A model generated the notes under the pieces. The model was not told where the DNA came from. It worked only from the letters and a program-made list of their open reading frames with translations, and did no database searches. Position numbers and translations under genes: made by a program. Positions 36,448-46,790 of a stretch of 64,000 bases of DNA are shown piece by piece (the stretch's first letter is position 1; each line of letters begins with the position of its first letter). Source of the stretch: Acidimicrobiia bacterium (GTDB lineage Bacteria > Actinomycetota > Acidimicrobiia > Spongiisociales > Spongiisociaceae); contig JBFGLM010000008.1 of assembly GCA_041576165.1 (NCBI GenBank), positions 59,091 to 123,090 of the forward strand, given 5' to 3'.

Positions 36448-37015
36448 TCCCGGTCGCCTGATCGTTGTCTCCGGACCATCCGGAGTCGGCAAGTCAACCA
36501 TCGTCGATCGAGTCGTCACGGCGCTCCCGCTCGAGTTCTCGGTGTCCGCCACCACGCGCGATCCCCGTCCGGGGGAGGAGCCGGGTCAGGACTATCACTT
36601 TGTGAGCCGCGAGGTGTTCGAGGTGATGATCGAAGCGGGCGAGCTGCTGGAGTGGGCCGAATACAACAGTCATCTGTATGGAACACCCCGCCGGCCGGTG
36701 CTGGAAAGTCTGGCTGCGGGATCCGATGTGCTGCTGGAGATCGAGGTTCAGGGGGCACGTCAGGTGAAAGCCGCGTACCCGGCTGCGCTCACGATCTTCA
36801 TAGCTCCACCGTCGATTGAGACCCTCGAGGCCCGGCTGCGAGCTCGAGGCGACACCAGCGCTGAAGCGGTGGACCGGCGTCTTGCTATTGCGCGGGCGGA
36901 AATGGCCGCGGCCGACGAGTTCGATCACATCGTCGTGAACGACGTCCTGGATACGGCGGTCAACGAGATGCTGCGTATACTGGCAGCAGTCCAACCTGAA
37001 GAAGAGACGACATGA
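36407..37015 (+). CDS. gmk: Guanylate kinase (start uncertain)
   Basis: SGPSGVGKST, SVSATTRDPRPGE, YGTP. Confidence 0.93.
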   Translation: MNASGPPCSKSSPDPGRLIVVSGPSGVGKSTIVDRVVTALPLEFSVSATTRDPRPGEEPGQDYHFVSREVFEVMIEAGELLEWAEYNSHLYGTPRRPVLESLAAGSDVLLEIEVQGARQVKAAYPAALTIFIAPPSIETLEARLRARGDTSAEAVDRRLAIARAEMAAADEFDHIVVNDVLDTAVNEMLRILAAVQPEEETT

Positions 37016-37236
37016 GCTACAAAATCGACGACGTACTCGAGAACGCAGGCGGCAGGTTCAACCTCGTCGTCCTGGCGGCCCGCCGGGCCCGTCAAATCAA
37101 CGCGTATTTCAACCAGCTGGGCGAGGGGATCGGCCACTACGTCCCTCCCCAGGTGCATTCCCTCAGTCGCAAGCCGCTGACGATTTCCCTCGAGGAGATC
37201 TCCGAGGGCAAGGTCTCCTACGAATACGAGGAGTGA
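37012..37236 (+). CDS. rpoZ: RNA polymerase omega subunit
   Basis: LVVLAARRARQINAY, KPLTISLEEI. Confidence 0.93.
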   Translation: MSYKIDDVLENAGGRFNLVVLAARRARQINAYFNQLGEGIGHYVPPQVHSLSRKPLTISLEEISEGKVSYEYEE

Positions 37237-37240
37237 GGAG

Positions 37241-38419
37241 ATGCTCCGGGGACGGAGGATCGTCCTCGGTGTCGCCGGTGGTATCGCCGCCTTCAAATCG
37301 GTATATCTGGCGCGGCGCCTGATCGAGGCCGGCGCCGAAGTCAAGGTCGTGATGACGGCGGGTGCAACCGAGTTCATAGGCGAGCAAACCTTCGCTGCGG
37401 TGACCGGGTCCGGTCCGGTGGTCTCGCTATTTGGTGACGACCTGGTCAGCCCTCATACCGAGCTTGCCCGCTGGGCCGAGCTCATGGTGGTGGCACCGGC
37501 TACGGCAAACGTGCTCGCGCAGCTCGCGCACGGCCACGCTCCGAACGCAGTCACTGCGACGGTGCTGGCGGCCGACGTCCCCCTCGTCCTCGCTCCTGCC
37601 ATGCACACGGAGATGTGGGAGCAACCGGCGGTGCAGCGCAACGTGGCGACCCTACAGTCTGATGGGGCGATCATCGTAGGCCCCGTGAGCGGCGCTCTGG
37701 CGGGCGGCGACACCGGAGCGGGCCGGATGGTCGAGCCGGAGGAGATCGTGGCGGCAATTGCCGGCGCATTCGGTCAGCCCATGGCCGGCTGGAAGTTCGT
37801 CGTGTCGGCCGGGGGAACCCGCGAGGCCATCGACCCCGTTCGCTTCATCGGTAATCGTTCGTCGGGCAAGATGGGGTACGCGGTTGCAGAAGCCGCACTG
37901 CGTCGCGGGGCCGATGTCACGCTGGTGTCTGCTGCTTCGCTTCCTGCCCCGGCCGGCGTCACGCTGATCCCCGCTGAATCAGCGGAAGACATGGCGCGAG
38001 TGGTGTGGGATCACGCCGCGGCGGCGGACGTCGTCGTGATGACCGCAGCGGTGGCCGATTTTCGGCCGGCCAAAGTGGCGGAGTCGAAACTGGCCCGCAC
38101 CGATGGTCCGCCTGACATCGTGCTCGAGCCGACGCCCAATATCCTCGCCGGGCTGGTAGAGCGGGCGACCGGGGCGACGATCGTTGGCTTTGCGGCCGAG
38201 ACCGGATCGCTCGAGCGGGCTGTCCACAAAGCCAAGACCTACGGGGTTGACTTGCTCGTCGCCAACGATGTGGAGGAGCCGGGATCCGGCTTCGGAACCG
38301 ACACCAACCAGGTCACATTCATCACTCCGGATGGCGTGTCGGATCCGCAGCCCTTGCTGACGAAACAAGAGGTCGCTGATCGACTGTGTGAACGGATCGT
38401 GACGATTCGCGGGGCCTGA
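37241..38419 (+). CDS. coaBC: Phosphopantothenoylcysteine decarboxylase/ligase
   Basis: GGIAAFK, APATAN, PAMHTEM, GGTREAIDPVRFIGNRSSGKMG, GFAAET. Confidence 0.96.
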   Translation: MLRGRRIVLGVAGGIAAFKSVYLARRLIEAGAEVKVVMTAGATEFIGEQTFAAVTGSGPVVSLFGDDLVSPHTELARWAELMVVAPATANVLAQLAHGHAPNAVTATVLAADVPLVLAPAMHTEMWEQPAVQRNVATLQSDGAIIVGPVSGALAGGDTGAGRMVEPEEIVAAIAGAFGQPMAGWKFVVSAGGTREAIDPVRFIGNRSSGKMGYAVAEAALRRGADVTLVSAASLPAPAGVTLIPAESAEDMARVVWDHAAAADVVVMTAAVADFRPAKVAESKLARTDGPPDIVLEPTPNILAGLVERATGATIVGFAAETGSLERAVHKAKTYGVDLLVANDVEEPGSGFGTDTNQVTFITPDGVSDPQPLLTKQEVADRLCERIVTIRGA

Positions 38420-38458
38420 ATCGGCTGTGGGGATCAAGCTTCGTATACTCCTGGCGCA

Positions 38459-39637
38459 ATGCGCTACTTCACCTCTGAATCAGTCACCGAAGGGCATCCA
38501 GACAAGGTGGCCGATCGCATTTCGGATTCCGTTCTCGACGCCGTGCTCGAGCGCGATCCAATGGGTCGCGTGGCTTGTGAAACGTTGGTGACAACCGACC
38601 GGGTGGTGATCGCCGGCGAGACCAGCTCGCAGGCCGGGCTTTCGACAGCCGACATCGAGAAGGTCGCCCGGGAGGCGATAGCAGACATCGGTTACACCGA
38701 GCCCGGGCTGGGCTTCGATGCGGCTGGGGCGGAGGTTTCGGTCATCATGGGCCAGCAAAGTCCCGACATCTCAGCCGGCGTCTCGTCCTCGGTCGAAGTC
38801 CGGTCGGGATCCGCAGATCCCATGGACGAACTCGGCGCAGGCGACCAAGGTCTGATGTTCGGTTACGCCAACCGGGAAACGGACGCGCTGATGCCGCTAC
38901 CAATCCAGTTGGCGCATCGGCTGGCTGAGGAGCTCACTGCAGTCCGCAAACGAGGCACCCTCCCGTATCTACGTCCGGACGGTAAGACCCAGGTGACGGT
39001 GGCGTATGAGGGAGCCACCCCTGTCCACGTCGAGCGGATCCTCATCAGCACCCAGCACGCCCGCGGCATCACGGTCGCTCAGCTCGACGAGGACCTGTGG
39101 AAACACGTTGTCGAACCGGTCATGGAAACGCACCACCTGAAGCCGCAGACTGAGTGGATCGTGAATCCATCTGGAAAGTTCGAGGTGGGCGGGCCGCAGG
39201 CAGACGCCGGGCTCACAGGACGCAAGATCATCGTTGACACGTACGGGGGCTACGCCCGCCACGGCGGCGGCGCCTTCTCAGGCAAAGATCCGACCAAGGT
39301 GGATCGCTCGGCCGCGTACGCAGCCCGGCACGTGGCCAAGAACGTGGTAGCGGCGGGCCTGGCGGACATCTGCGAATTCCAGGTCTCATACGCGATCGGA
39401 CGGGCCCGTCCGTTCTCGGTGTTGGTTGAGACCTTTGGGACGGCCCGGATCGCCGAGCAACGGCTGGCCGAGATCGTGCTGGAGCAATTCGACCTTCGAC
39501 CTCAGGCGATCATCGACCGGCTCGACCTGCGCCACCCGATTTATGCCCAGACGTCTGCCTACGGGCATTTTGGTCGTGCCCAGTTCACCTGGGAACAGAC
39601 CGACCGGGTGGAAGATCTGCGCGCCGCAGCTGGGTGA
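38459..39637 (+). CDS. metK: S-adenosylmethionine synthase
   Basis: [35 protein letters not shown]. Confidence 0.98.
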   Translation: MRYFTSESVTEGHPDKVADRISDSVLDAVLERDPMGRVACETLVTTDRVVIAGETSSQAGLSTADIEKVAREAIADIGYTEPGLGFDAAGAEVSVIMGQQSPDISAGVSSSVEVRSGSADPMDELGAGDQGLMFGYANRETDALMPLPIQLAHRLAEELTAVRKRGTLPYLRPDGKTQVTVAYEGATPVHVERILISTQHARGITVAQLDEDLWKHVVEPVMETHHLKPQTEWIVNPSGKFEVGGPQADAGLTGRKIIVDTYGGYARHGGGAFSGKDPTKVDRSAAYAARHVAKNVVAAGLADICEFQVSYAIGRARPFSVLVETFGTARIAEQRLAEIVLEQFDLRPQAIIDRLDLRHPIYAQTSAYGHFGRAQFTWEQTDRVEDLRAAAG

Positions 39638-41403
39638 GTGAAGCGGCGATCGCGCGGGTCGTCCCGGACCTGGCGAGTTTCTCGGTAGACCACGGATTCG
39701 AATATGCGATCGGCGACCACGATGTGGAAGTCGGGTCGCTGGTACGGGTGCCCCTCAGCGGACGTCCCCGCCGCGGCTACGTCGTGGATGTGTATCCGGG
39801 CGACGCCAGCCACCTCAAAGAGATACGGGGCGTGTCGGGTGATCTGCCGGTGTTCTCACCGGCGCTGCTGCAAGCGATCGACGAGCTCGCCGCCTACTAC
39901 GTGGCGCCCCGTTCTGTTGTATTGGCCAAGTCGCTCCCCCCCAATCTGCCGCGCCGGGTGCCACGATTGACGCTACCCAGCATCCCACCGTCCTCTTCTC
40001 CCGCCCCTGCCGCCACCGCGGCTGCTGCCGCCGGCCAGCCCGGCGGCCACGTCCAGTTGTTGGCGGGCGCCGGCTGGGGAGAAATAATCCGGGGATCGGT
40101 GACAGAGATCCTCTCGGCGCAGCGTTCAGCCATTGTCGTTGTACCGACAGCGGTTGAGGCGGATCGCCTGCTGGCCGTGCTTCGACCCGATCTGGGGGCC
40201 CGGGTTCTGGATGGACATGGGGATGATGCCGCCGTCACCCGGGCTTGGTCGGAGGCGGCGCTCAATCCCGGCGTGGTCGTCGTCGGGACCGCCAAGGTCG
40301 CATGGTGGAAGGTGGCCCGGCTGGCCGCCATCGTGCTGGTGGACGAAGGCCGCCGAGGCATGAAGGAGCGCCAGACTCCCACGGTGGCCGCGGCGCGCTT
40401 GGCTGCCACCCGGGCCCACCATGAGGGGCTGACGATATTTCACTTGAGTCGCTTGCCGACGGCCGACACCTTTGCCCGTGACCCCTTGGTTGTACGATTG
40501 GGCGGGCGCCTGTGGCCGCCGGTCGAGATCGTCGACCGAACCGGCGAGCCGCCGGGAAGCCGTCTCTTCACCGCGCGGGTGACTGATTCCGTCCGCGCCA
40601 CGCTGCGCGATCAGGGCCGGGTCTTCCTGTTCACGCATCGCCGGGGTTATGCCCCGGCCGCCCGGTGCGGGTCATGTCGCCAACTTCGCCTGTGCCCTGG
40701 GTGTGGTGCTCGGCCGGATGCGGGCGCGGAGTGCCGGAGATGTGGATCCGGGTTGGGTCCGTGTTCGAACTGTGGTCATGACCGGTTCGAGCCACTGGGT
40801 GCAGGGATAGAGCGGGTCACGGAAGAGGCCAGGCGCCTGTTTGACCCCGGCGTGGCCAGCGACCCCGTTGCCGACGGTCCAGCGCTCGTCGTCGGCACAG
40901 AGCGAGACCTCGTGGCGTTGCGCCCGGTCGACCTCGCGGTAGCGATCGACGGCGACGGCCTGGTCCGAGGGACGAACTACCGCGCAGGGGAGGATGCGCT
41001 GGCGGTGCTCGCTCGCGTAGCCGCCCGGGTGCGTTCGGGACCCCGCCACCGGCTCATGGTCCAGACCGCCAGCCCCGGTCATCCCGTATACGAAGCGCTG
41101 CGCAAGGCCGACCCGGTGCCGTATCTCGAACACGAGCTGTCGGAGCGAAAGGCGATGGGTCTGCCACCGACCGGCGAGATCCTGGTGCTGGAGGTGAGCG
41201 ATGCCGACGAGGCCGGCGACGAGATCCGCGCGGTGTCCGAGACGGCCACGGTTTTCGGTCCGGCCGCCTTCAACCGGGGTCAGCGGTGGCTGATACAGGG
41301 CGCCGACCTCACCGAGCCCAAGCAGAGACTCCGGGCGGTGATCGGCAGGCTGCGGGAACACGGTGCCCGAGTGCGAGCCGACGCCGATCCGCGAGATCTC
41401 TGA
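39634..41403 (+). CDS. priA: Primosomal protein N' (degenerate helicase motifs)
   Basis: 3'-binding domain [15 protein letters not shown], four CxxC pairs, [10 protein letters not shown]. Confidence 0.85.
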   Translation: MSEAAIARVVPDLASFSVDHGFEYAIGDHDVEVGSLVRVPLSGRPRRGYVVDVYPGDASHLKEIRGVSGDLPVFSPALLQAIDELAAYYVAPRSVVLAKSLPPNLPRRVPRLTLPSIPPSSSPAPAATAAAAAGQPGGHVQLLAGAGWGEIIRGSVTEILSAQRSAIVVVPTAVEADRLLAVLRPDLGARVLDGHGDDAAVTRAWSEAALNPGVVVVGTAKVAWWKVARLAAIVLVDEGRRGMKERQTPTVAAARLAATRAHHEGLTIFHLSRLPTADTFARDPLVVRLGGRLWPPVEIVDRTGEPPGSRLFTARVTDSVRATLRDQGRVFLFTHRRGYAPAARCGSCRQLRLCPGCGARPDAGAECRRCGSGLGPCSNCGHDRFEPLGAGIERVTEEARRLFDPGVASDPVADGPALVVGTERDLVALRPVDLAVAIDGDGLVRGTNYRAGEDALAVLARVAARVRSGPRHRLMVQTASPGHPVYEALRKADPVPYLEHELSERKAMGLPPTGEILVLEVSDADEAGDEIRAVSETATVFGPAAFNRGQRWLIQGADLTEPKQRLRAVIGRLREHGARVRADADPRDL

Positions 41404-41443
41404 TCGGGCCCAGCTATGCTCGCTGGCCGGACGAGGAGCACAG

Positions 41444-41941
41444 TTGGCCATCTTCCCGATTCGGGTTTTCGGAGATCCCGTCCTGCGCGCAGAGGCGGCA
41501 GCCGTCACCGAGTTCGATGACGCCCTGGCGAAGCTGGTGGACGACCTGATCGAAACGATGTACGACGCCCCCGGCGTCGGCCTCGCGGCGCCGCAGATCG
41601 GCATCTCGAAGCGGGTGTGCGTGTTTGATGCCGGCGACGGGCCGGAGGCTCTGATCAATCCGGAGATCGTCGAGACGACTGGCGAGTGGACGTTCGATGA
41701 AGGATGTCTGTCCGTGCCGGGTTACTTCTGGCCGATCACCCGGCCCGGATTCGCCCGGGCCCGCGGCCGGGACCTCAACGGCGATGAGATCGAATTCGCC
41801 GGCGAAGAGCTGCTCGGACGGGTCTTACAGCATGAGATCGACCATCTGGACGGCATGCTGCTGATCGAGCGACTCGAGAAGCGTGAACGCAAAGCGGCGC
41901 TGCGCAGCCTGCGCAACGACGCGCTTGGGCTGGTGGAGTGA
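41444..41941 (+). CDS. def: Peptide deformylase
   Basis: GVGLAAPQIG, EGCLS, QHEIDH; TTG start after SD GAGGAG. Confidence 0.96.
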   Translation: MAIFPIRVFGDPVLRAEAAAVTEFDDALAKLVDDLIETMYDAPGVGLAAPQIGISKRVCVFDAGDGPEALINPEIVETTGEWTFDEGCLSVPGYFWPITRPGFARARGRDLNGDEIEFAGEELLGRVLQHEIDHLDGMLLIERLEKRERKAALRSLRNDALGLVE

Positions 41942-42852
41942 GCGGGCTGATCTTCCTCGGAACACCGGCTGCCGCCCTTCCCAGTCTGGAGATCGTTCAC
42001 GCGACCGGCGATCTCGCGTTGGTCGTCACAATGCCGGATCGCCCTCGCGGACGAAGCGGCCAACCGCAGGCTCCGCCCGTCAAGGTGAGAGCGGACACGC
42101 TGGGGGTTCCGGTGGCCCAGCCCGCCTCGCGTTCGGAACTCGATGCCGCGGTGGGACGAGCCGGCCCCCTGGATTTGGGCGTCGTAGTCGCCTACGGCCG
42201 GATCATCTCACAGAGTGCCTTCACTGCGCCCGCCCACGGCATGGTGAACGTTCACTTCTCACTCCTCCCCAAATGGCGGGGGGCTGCGCCGGTCGAGCGA
42301 GCGCTGCTGGCGGGTGACGTCACGACAGGCGTGTCCTTGATGGCCATCACTGCGGGGCTCGACACGGGCGACGTCTATGACCAGTGGATCACTGCTATCG
42401 GCCACGACGAGACTGCCGGCGAGTTGACCGAACGCTTGGCTCTGGGAGGCGCCGAATTGCTCGCCGCCCGGCTGGAGGAGCTGCGGGTGGGCGAATTGAA
42501 TGCTGAGCCGCAGTCCGAGGCCGGAGCAACATATGCCCCGCGAATCGAAACCGACGAGGCCCGGATCGAGGTTGGGGCTCAGGCGGAGGCGATTCTGCTG
42601 AAAGTGCGCGCGTTCAATCCGCGACCCGGCGCATTTGCTCGGTATCAGGGTGGCCGTTTCAAAGTCTGGCGGGCGCGGTCATCACAAGCTGAACTCGCTC
42701 CCGGCCACCTCGAGCTGATAGACGCCGAGCTCGTCATGGGCACGGGCACCCACGCGGTCGTTCTGACGGAAGTTCAGCCGGCAGGTTCGCGGCGAATGGG
42801 CGGAGCGGCCTGGGCCCGCGGCCGCCATGACGGTATCGGGAGTCTGGAGTGA
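41938..42852 (+). CDS. fmt: Methionyl-tRNA formyltransferase
   Basis: FLGTP, VVAYG, NVHFSLLPKWRGAAP. Confidence 0.95.
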   Translation: MSGLIFLGTPAAALPSLEIVHATGDLALVVTMPDRPRGRSGQPQAPPVKVRADTLGVPVAQPASRSELDAAVGRAGPLDLGVVVAYGRIISQSAFTAPAHGMVNVHFSLLPKWRGAAPVERALLAGDVTTGVSLMAITAGLDTGDVYDQWITAIGHDETAGELTERLALGGAELLAARLEELRVGELNAEPQSEAGATYAPRIETDEARIEVGAQAEAILLKVRAFNPRPGAFARYQGGRFKVWRARSSQAELAPGHLELIDAELVMGTGTHAVVLTEVQPAGSRRMGGAAWARGRHDGIGSLE

Positions 42853-44054
42853 AACCCGGCGTCGCCGCCCGGGTCGCTGCGGCCAGTGCGTTGGGAAGGG
42901 TTCTTCGAGGTGGTGCTTGGTCGAACGTGGTGGTCGATACCGTCGCCGAAGGAATGACACCGCAGGATCGACGCCTCGTGCGGAGGCTCGTATACCGGAC
43001 GCTCCGAAATCTGCATCGGATCGACTCCACACTGGCGGACCACATCACGCGGGGGCTTGACGCCACCCATCGCGACGTACTCGACGTCTTGCGTATCGGG
43101 GCCGCGGAGCTGATCTCGGGTGGCGGAGCCGGGCACGCCGCTGTGGATTCAGCGGTGGAGGCCGTCCGTGAGATCGGCCATCCGCAGGCGGCAGGATTCG
43201 TGAACGGTGTGTTGCGAAACCTGCTTCGCCGTGGAGCAGAGGCCGGCCCTGAGCCGCTATCCGACGCGGAGCGGCACAACCTGCCGCAATGGGTAGTAGA
43301 CGACCTCATCGCACAGCTCGGCGCCGACAGTGCCGCGGCGTTTTTGGCTGCCTCAGAGGAAGACGCGCCCCGCACCGCCCGGGTGCGTCCCGGTGCGACT
43401 CGGCAGGGGGAGGCAACCGCTTTGAGCGACGTCGTGCTCGTTCCGCCCGGCGATTTGGCTCCCGGGCTGATCATTCAGGATGTCGCATCTGCGGCCGTTG
43501 TGGCGGCCCTGGGAGATCTGGCCGGCACGACAGTGTTGGATGTGGCGGCCGCGCCCGGTGGTAAGACGTTGCAGATCTGGGATGCTCAGCCCGAGCTGGT
43601 GGTGGCCTGCGACGCGCACCCGCGCCGTGTCCGCCGGGCCCGAGTCCGCTTGGGCGAGCTGGGTTACCCGGGTCCGTGGGTGCAGGCCGATGGTCGCTCG
43701 CTTCCCTTCGCACCCGGCACGTTTGATCGAGTACTGGTCGACGCCCCGTGTAGTGGTCTCGGGACGTTGCGGCGCCGCCCCGAGCTGCGCTACAAGATCA
43801 ACGAACAAGAGGTCACACGCCTGGCGGCCCTTCAGCACAAGATGCTGTCCGAGGCGCAACGGGTGCTCGCTCCAGGGGGACGGATCGTATATTCGGTTTG
43901 TACGGTCACCAGCGCCGAGACCGGCGGCGTGGCTGCTGAATTCGATGGCCGATCCCCCGACCTGCCACTCGGCACAGCCGGCGAGCACGGACGGCTGCTC
44001 ACTCCACATCGCGACGGCGTGGATGGGATGTTCATCTCCGTAGTTGGCAACTGA
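42849..44054 (+). CDS. rsmB: RsmB/Sun-family rRNA m5C methyltransferase
   Basis: NusB-like N-terminal domain, DVAAAPGGKT, VDAPCSG, YSVCT. Confidence 0.9.
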   Translation: MKPGVAARVAAASALGRVLRGGAWSNVVVDTVAEGMTPQDRRLVRRLVYRTLRNLHRIDSTLADHITRGLDATHRDVLDVLRIGAAELISGGGAGHAAVDSAVEAVREIGHPQAAGFVNGVLRNLLRRGAEAGPEPLSDAERHNLPQWVVDDLIAQLGADSAAAFLAASEEDAPRTARVRPGATRQGEATALSDVVLVPPGDLAPGLIIQDVASAAVVAALGDLAGTTVLDVAAAPGGKTLQIWDAQPELVVACDAHPRRVRRARVRLGELGYPGPWVQADGRSLPFAPGTFDRVLVDAPCSGLGTLRRRPELRYKINEQEVTRLAALQHKMLSEAQRVLAPGGRIVYSVCTVTSAETGGVAAEFDGRSPDLPLGTAGEHGRLLTPHRDGVDGMFISVVGN

Positions 44055-44075
44055 AGCGGTCCTACACTTCCCGCC

Positions 44076-44741
44076 ATGCACTCCGTCAAGATTGCGCCTT
44101 CGATCCTTGCCGCCGATTTCGCCCGACTTGCAGAGGACGTGGATCGAGTCGCCGCGCACGCCGACATGCTCCACGTCGACGTCATGGACGGGCATTTTGT
44201 GCCGAACCTCAGCATGGGGCCACCAGTGATCACCGCCCTCAGAAGGCACACCGATCTGCCCTTCGACTGCCATCTGATGATGAGCAATGCCGACTGCTAT
44301 CTCGAGCAGCTGGCCGAATCGGGCGCGACCGGCGTCACCGTCCATATCGAGGCGTTCCCGGAGCCCGACGACGTCGCCACGGCGGCTCGCGATCTGGAGC
44401 TTGAGTTCGGCCTCGTCATCAATCCCCCCACCCCGTTTGATGCCGTGCGGCCGTTCGTGGAGCTGTGTGACATGGTGGTCATCATGGCGGTGCACCCGGG
44501 CTTCGGCGGGCAGTCGTTCATCGATTCGGTCATTCCCAAGATACGCGCGGCACGAGAATTCATTGAGTCGCAAGGCCTAGGCGTCGATATAGAGGTCGAT
44601 GGAGGTATCACCGCAGCGACCGCTCCAGCTGCTCGGGCAGCTGGAGCAAACGTATTTGTGGCAGGGACTGCCGTCTTCCGTCAGGCTGACCCGGCGGCTG
44701 CCATGAAGGCCCTGCGCGATTCGATAGGGGGAGCTGGCTGA
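44076..44741 (+). CDS. rpe: Ribulose-phosphate 3-epimerase
   Basis: IAPSILAADF, HVDVMDGHFVPN, PGFGGQ, EVDGG. Confidence 0.97.
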   Translation: MHSVKIAPSILAADFARLAEDVDRVAAHADMLHVDVMDGHFVPNLSMGPPVITALRRHTDLPFDCHLMMSNADCYLEQLAESGATGVTVHIEAFPEPDDVATAARDLELEFGLVINPPTPFDAVRPFVELCDMVVIMAVHPGFGGQSFIDSVIPKIRAAREFIESQGLGVDIEVDGGITAATAPAARAAGANVFVAGTAVFRQADPAAAMKALRDSIGGAG

Positions 44742-44742
44742 G

Positions 44743-45669
44743 GTGCATCGGATCCTTGTGGCCGACGATGATCCCGATATCGTCCGGTTCGTTCGTGTCA
44801 ACCTCGAGCTGGAGGGTTTCGATGTTCTGACTGCGTCCGACGGACGCTCGGCCGTCGACCAAGTTCTCGAACATCAGCCCGATCTCGTCCTGTTGGACGT
44901 GATGATGCCCGAGATGGACGGTATCACCGCACTTCGGCGACTCCGGTCCCATCCCGGCGCAGCCAACACTTCCGTCATCCTCCTCACCGCCAAGGCATTG
45001 CCCGAGGATCGGGTTCGCGGCCTCGAGCTGGGCGCCGACGACTACGTGACCAAGCCGTTCGACGTGAGCGAGCTGCTGGCCCGGGTCAAGGCGGTGTTGC
45101 GACGTACCCAGGCGATGCGGGACGTGTCGCCGTTGACCGGTTTGCCCGGCAATCATCAAATCGCAACCGAACTGGAACGGCGGATCGAGGCCGGTGAGAA
45201 GTTCGCACTCGTTCAGGCCGATCTCGACAACTTCAAAGCATTCAACGACCACTACGGTTTCATGCGGGGCGACCAGGTGATCACGTTCACGGCGAAGGCC
45301 CTGCTCCAGGCTCGCGATCAGATCGCCGAAGCGGACTCCTTCGTCGGACACATCGGCGGTGACGACTTCGTAGCGATTCTGAAGCCGGACATGGTGGAAG
45401 ATTTCTGCAAAGCGACGATCAGCCTGTTCGACGACGGCGTGCTCGAGTTCTACGACACTGCGGACGCCCTGCGCGGCTACATCGAGGTCACCGATCGGCG
45501 AGGGGAGCGGCACGCCTTCCCGATCGTTTCGATCTCGATGGGGGTCACCACCAACGTGAGCCGCCCGATTGCGTCGCAGTGGGAGGCATCTGCGGTGGCG
45601 GTCGAGATGAAGGAATACGCCAAGCGCCAGCCGGGATCCTCTTACAAGATCGATCGCCGGACTGCCTGA
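44743..45669 (+). CDS. Response regulator with GGDEF-type (GGDDF) output domain
   Basis: REC: ILVADDD, LLDVMMP, LTAK, KPF; GGDEF-like: SPLTGLPGN, DLDNFKAFNDHYG, GHIGGDDF. Confidence 0.88.
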   Translation: MHRILVADDDPDIVRFVRVNLELEGFDVLTASDGRSAVDQVLEHQPDLVLLDVMMPEMDGITALRRLRSHPGAANTSVILLTAKALPEDRVRGLELGADDYVTKPFDVSELLARVKAVLRRTQAMRDVSPLTGLPGNHQIATELERRIEAGEKFALVQADLDNFKAFNDHYGFMRGDQVITFTAKALLQARDQIAEADSFVGHIGGDDFVAILKPDMVEDFCKATISLFDDGVLEFYDTADALRGYIEVTDRRGERHAFPIVSISMGVTTNVSRPIASQWEASAVAVEMKEYAKRQPGSSYKIDRRTA

Positions 45670-45694
45670 GAGTCCGCCCACTAACATCCCCGCT

Positions 45695-46741
45695 GTGCGA
45701 CCCATCGATGCCATGGAGCGTGCTATCGCGCTCGCATTCTCGCACCGGCCCCACCCCAATCCCAGGGTCGGAACGGTCATCGTCGACGCCGGCGGAACCG
45801 TCGTTGGTGAAGGTGCTCACGTAGAGCCTGGGGCGCCGCACGCAGAGCAAGTTGCGCTGGCGATGGCCGGTGACAGCGCCCGGGGGGCGACGGCGTATGT
45901 GACGTTGGAGCCGTGCACGCACCATGGCCGCACTCCGCCTTGTGTCGACGCGCTGATAGAGGCGGGTATCTCGCGGGTGGTGGCTGCGCTCACGGACCCG
46001 GACGAACGGGTGTCGGGCCGCGGATTCCAGAGCCTGCGGGCTGCCGGGATCGAGGTCGAGGTGGGCTTGGGCAAAGAACAGGCGGCGGAGCTCGACCCGG
46101 GCTACCTCCACCATCGGCGGACCGGCTTGCCGCTGGTGACCGTTAAGGCTGCGTTGACACTCGATGGGCAGATGGCTGCGGCGGACGGGTCGTCGCGCTG
46201 GATCTCAGATGCCGACATGCGGAGAGATGTAGCGACGCTCCGGACGCGGATGGACGCGCTGGTGGTGGGCGCCGGCGCAGTGCTCGAGGATGACCCCTCG
46301 CTCGACCTCGCCCCCGGGGCGGACCGGTCGCCGCTCATCGTGATCGTCGCAGGCCGGAGACAGATTCCCCCGACGGCCCGCTTGCTGCGGGCGGGCGCTC
46401 GCGTCGTGTCACCCGGCTTTGATCCCACCACGGGCCAGGGCCGGCGGTCCGAGCCGGGAGGAGATCGGGTGGACTTGGCATCGCTCCTGCGGGAGCTGGG
46501 CGAAGCCGGAGCTCTCGATGTGATGGTCGAAGGCGGTCCGACGCTTGTGAGCAGTATGGTGGCGGCCCGGCTGGCCTCCCGGTTCGTCCTGTATTACGGG
46601 CCCAAGCTGGGTGCCGGTGTGGGCATACCGATGTTTGGCGGAGTGTTTCACAGAATCGAGGATGCACTGGAGGGCCGGGTCGTGCACGTGACGCGGGTCG
46701 GGGCCGGGGTGCGGGTCGATTTTGCGCTCGCGCCGGCGTGA
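45695..46741 (+). CDS. ribD: Riboflavin biosynthesis deaminase/reductase
   Basis: PNPRVG, HAE, LEPCTHHGRTPPC, TLDG, MVEGG. Confidence 0.95.
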   Translation: MRPIDAMERAIALAFSHRPHPNPRVGTVIVDAGGTVVGEGAHVEPGAPHAEQVALAMAGDSARGATAYVTLEPCTHHGRTPPCVDALIEAGISRVVAALTDPDERVSGRGFQSLRAAGIEVEVGLGKEQAAELDPGYLHHRRTGLPLVTVKAALTLDGQMAAADGSSRWISDADMRRDVATLRTRMDALVVGAGAVLEDDPSLDLAPGADRSPLIVIVAGRRQIPPTARLLRAGARVVSPGFDPTTGQGRRSEPGGDRVDLASLLRELGEAGALDVMVEGGPTLVSSMVAARLASRFVLYYGPKLGAGVGIPMFGGVFHRIEDALEGRVVHVTRVGAGVRVDFALAPA

Positions 46742-46790
46742 GCCGGGCGGCACCGTACGATACGCGGGCACGCACCGCGACCAGGAGCAG

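Noticed and set aside
38420-38458. SAM riboswitch before metK (likewise FMN before ribD, T-box before pheS, tyrS, alaS)
   Set aside because: Gaps are too short and -10 boxes sit directly before the start codons
45220-45370. Hypr (3',3'-cGAMP-forming) GGDEF enzyme
   Set aside because: The specificity position is the canonical Asp (RGDQV), not Ser/Thr
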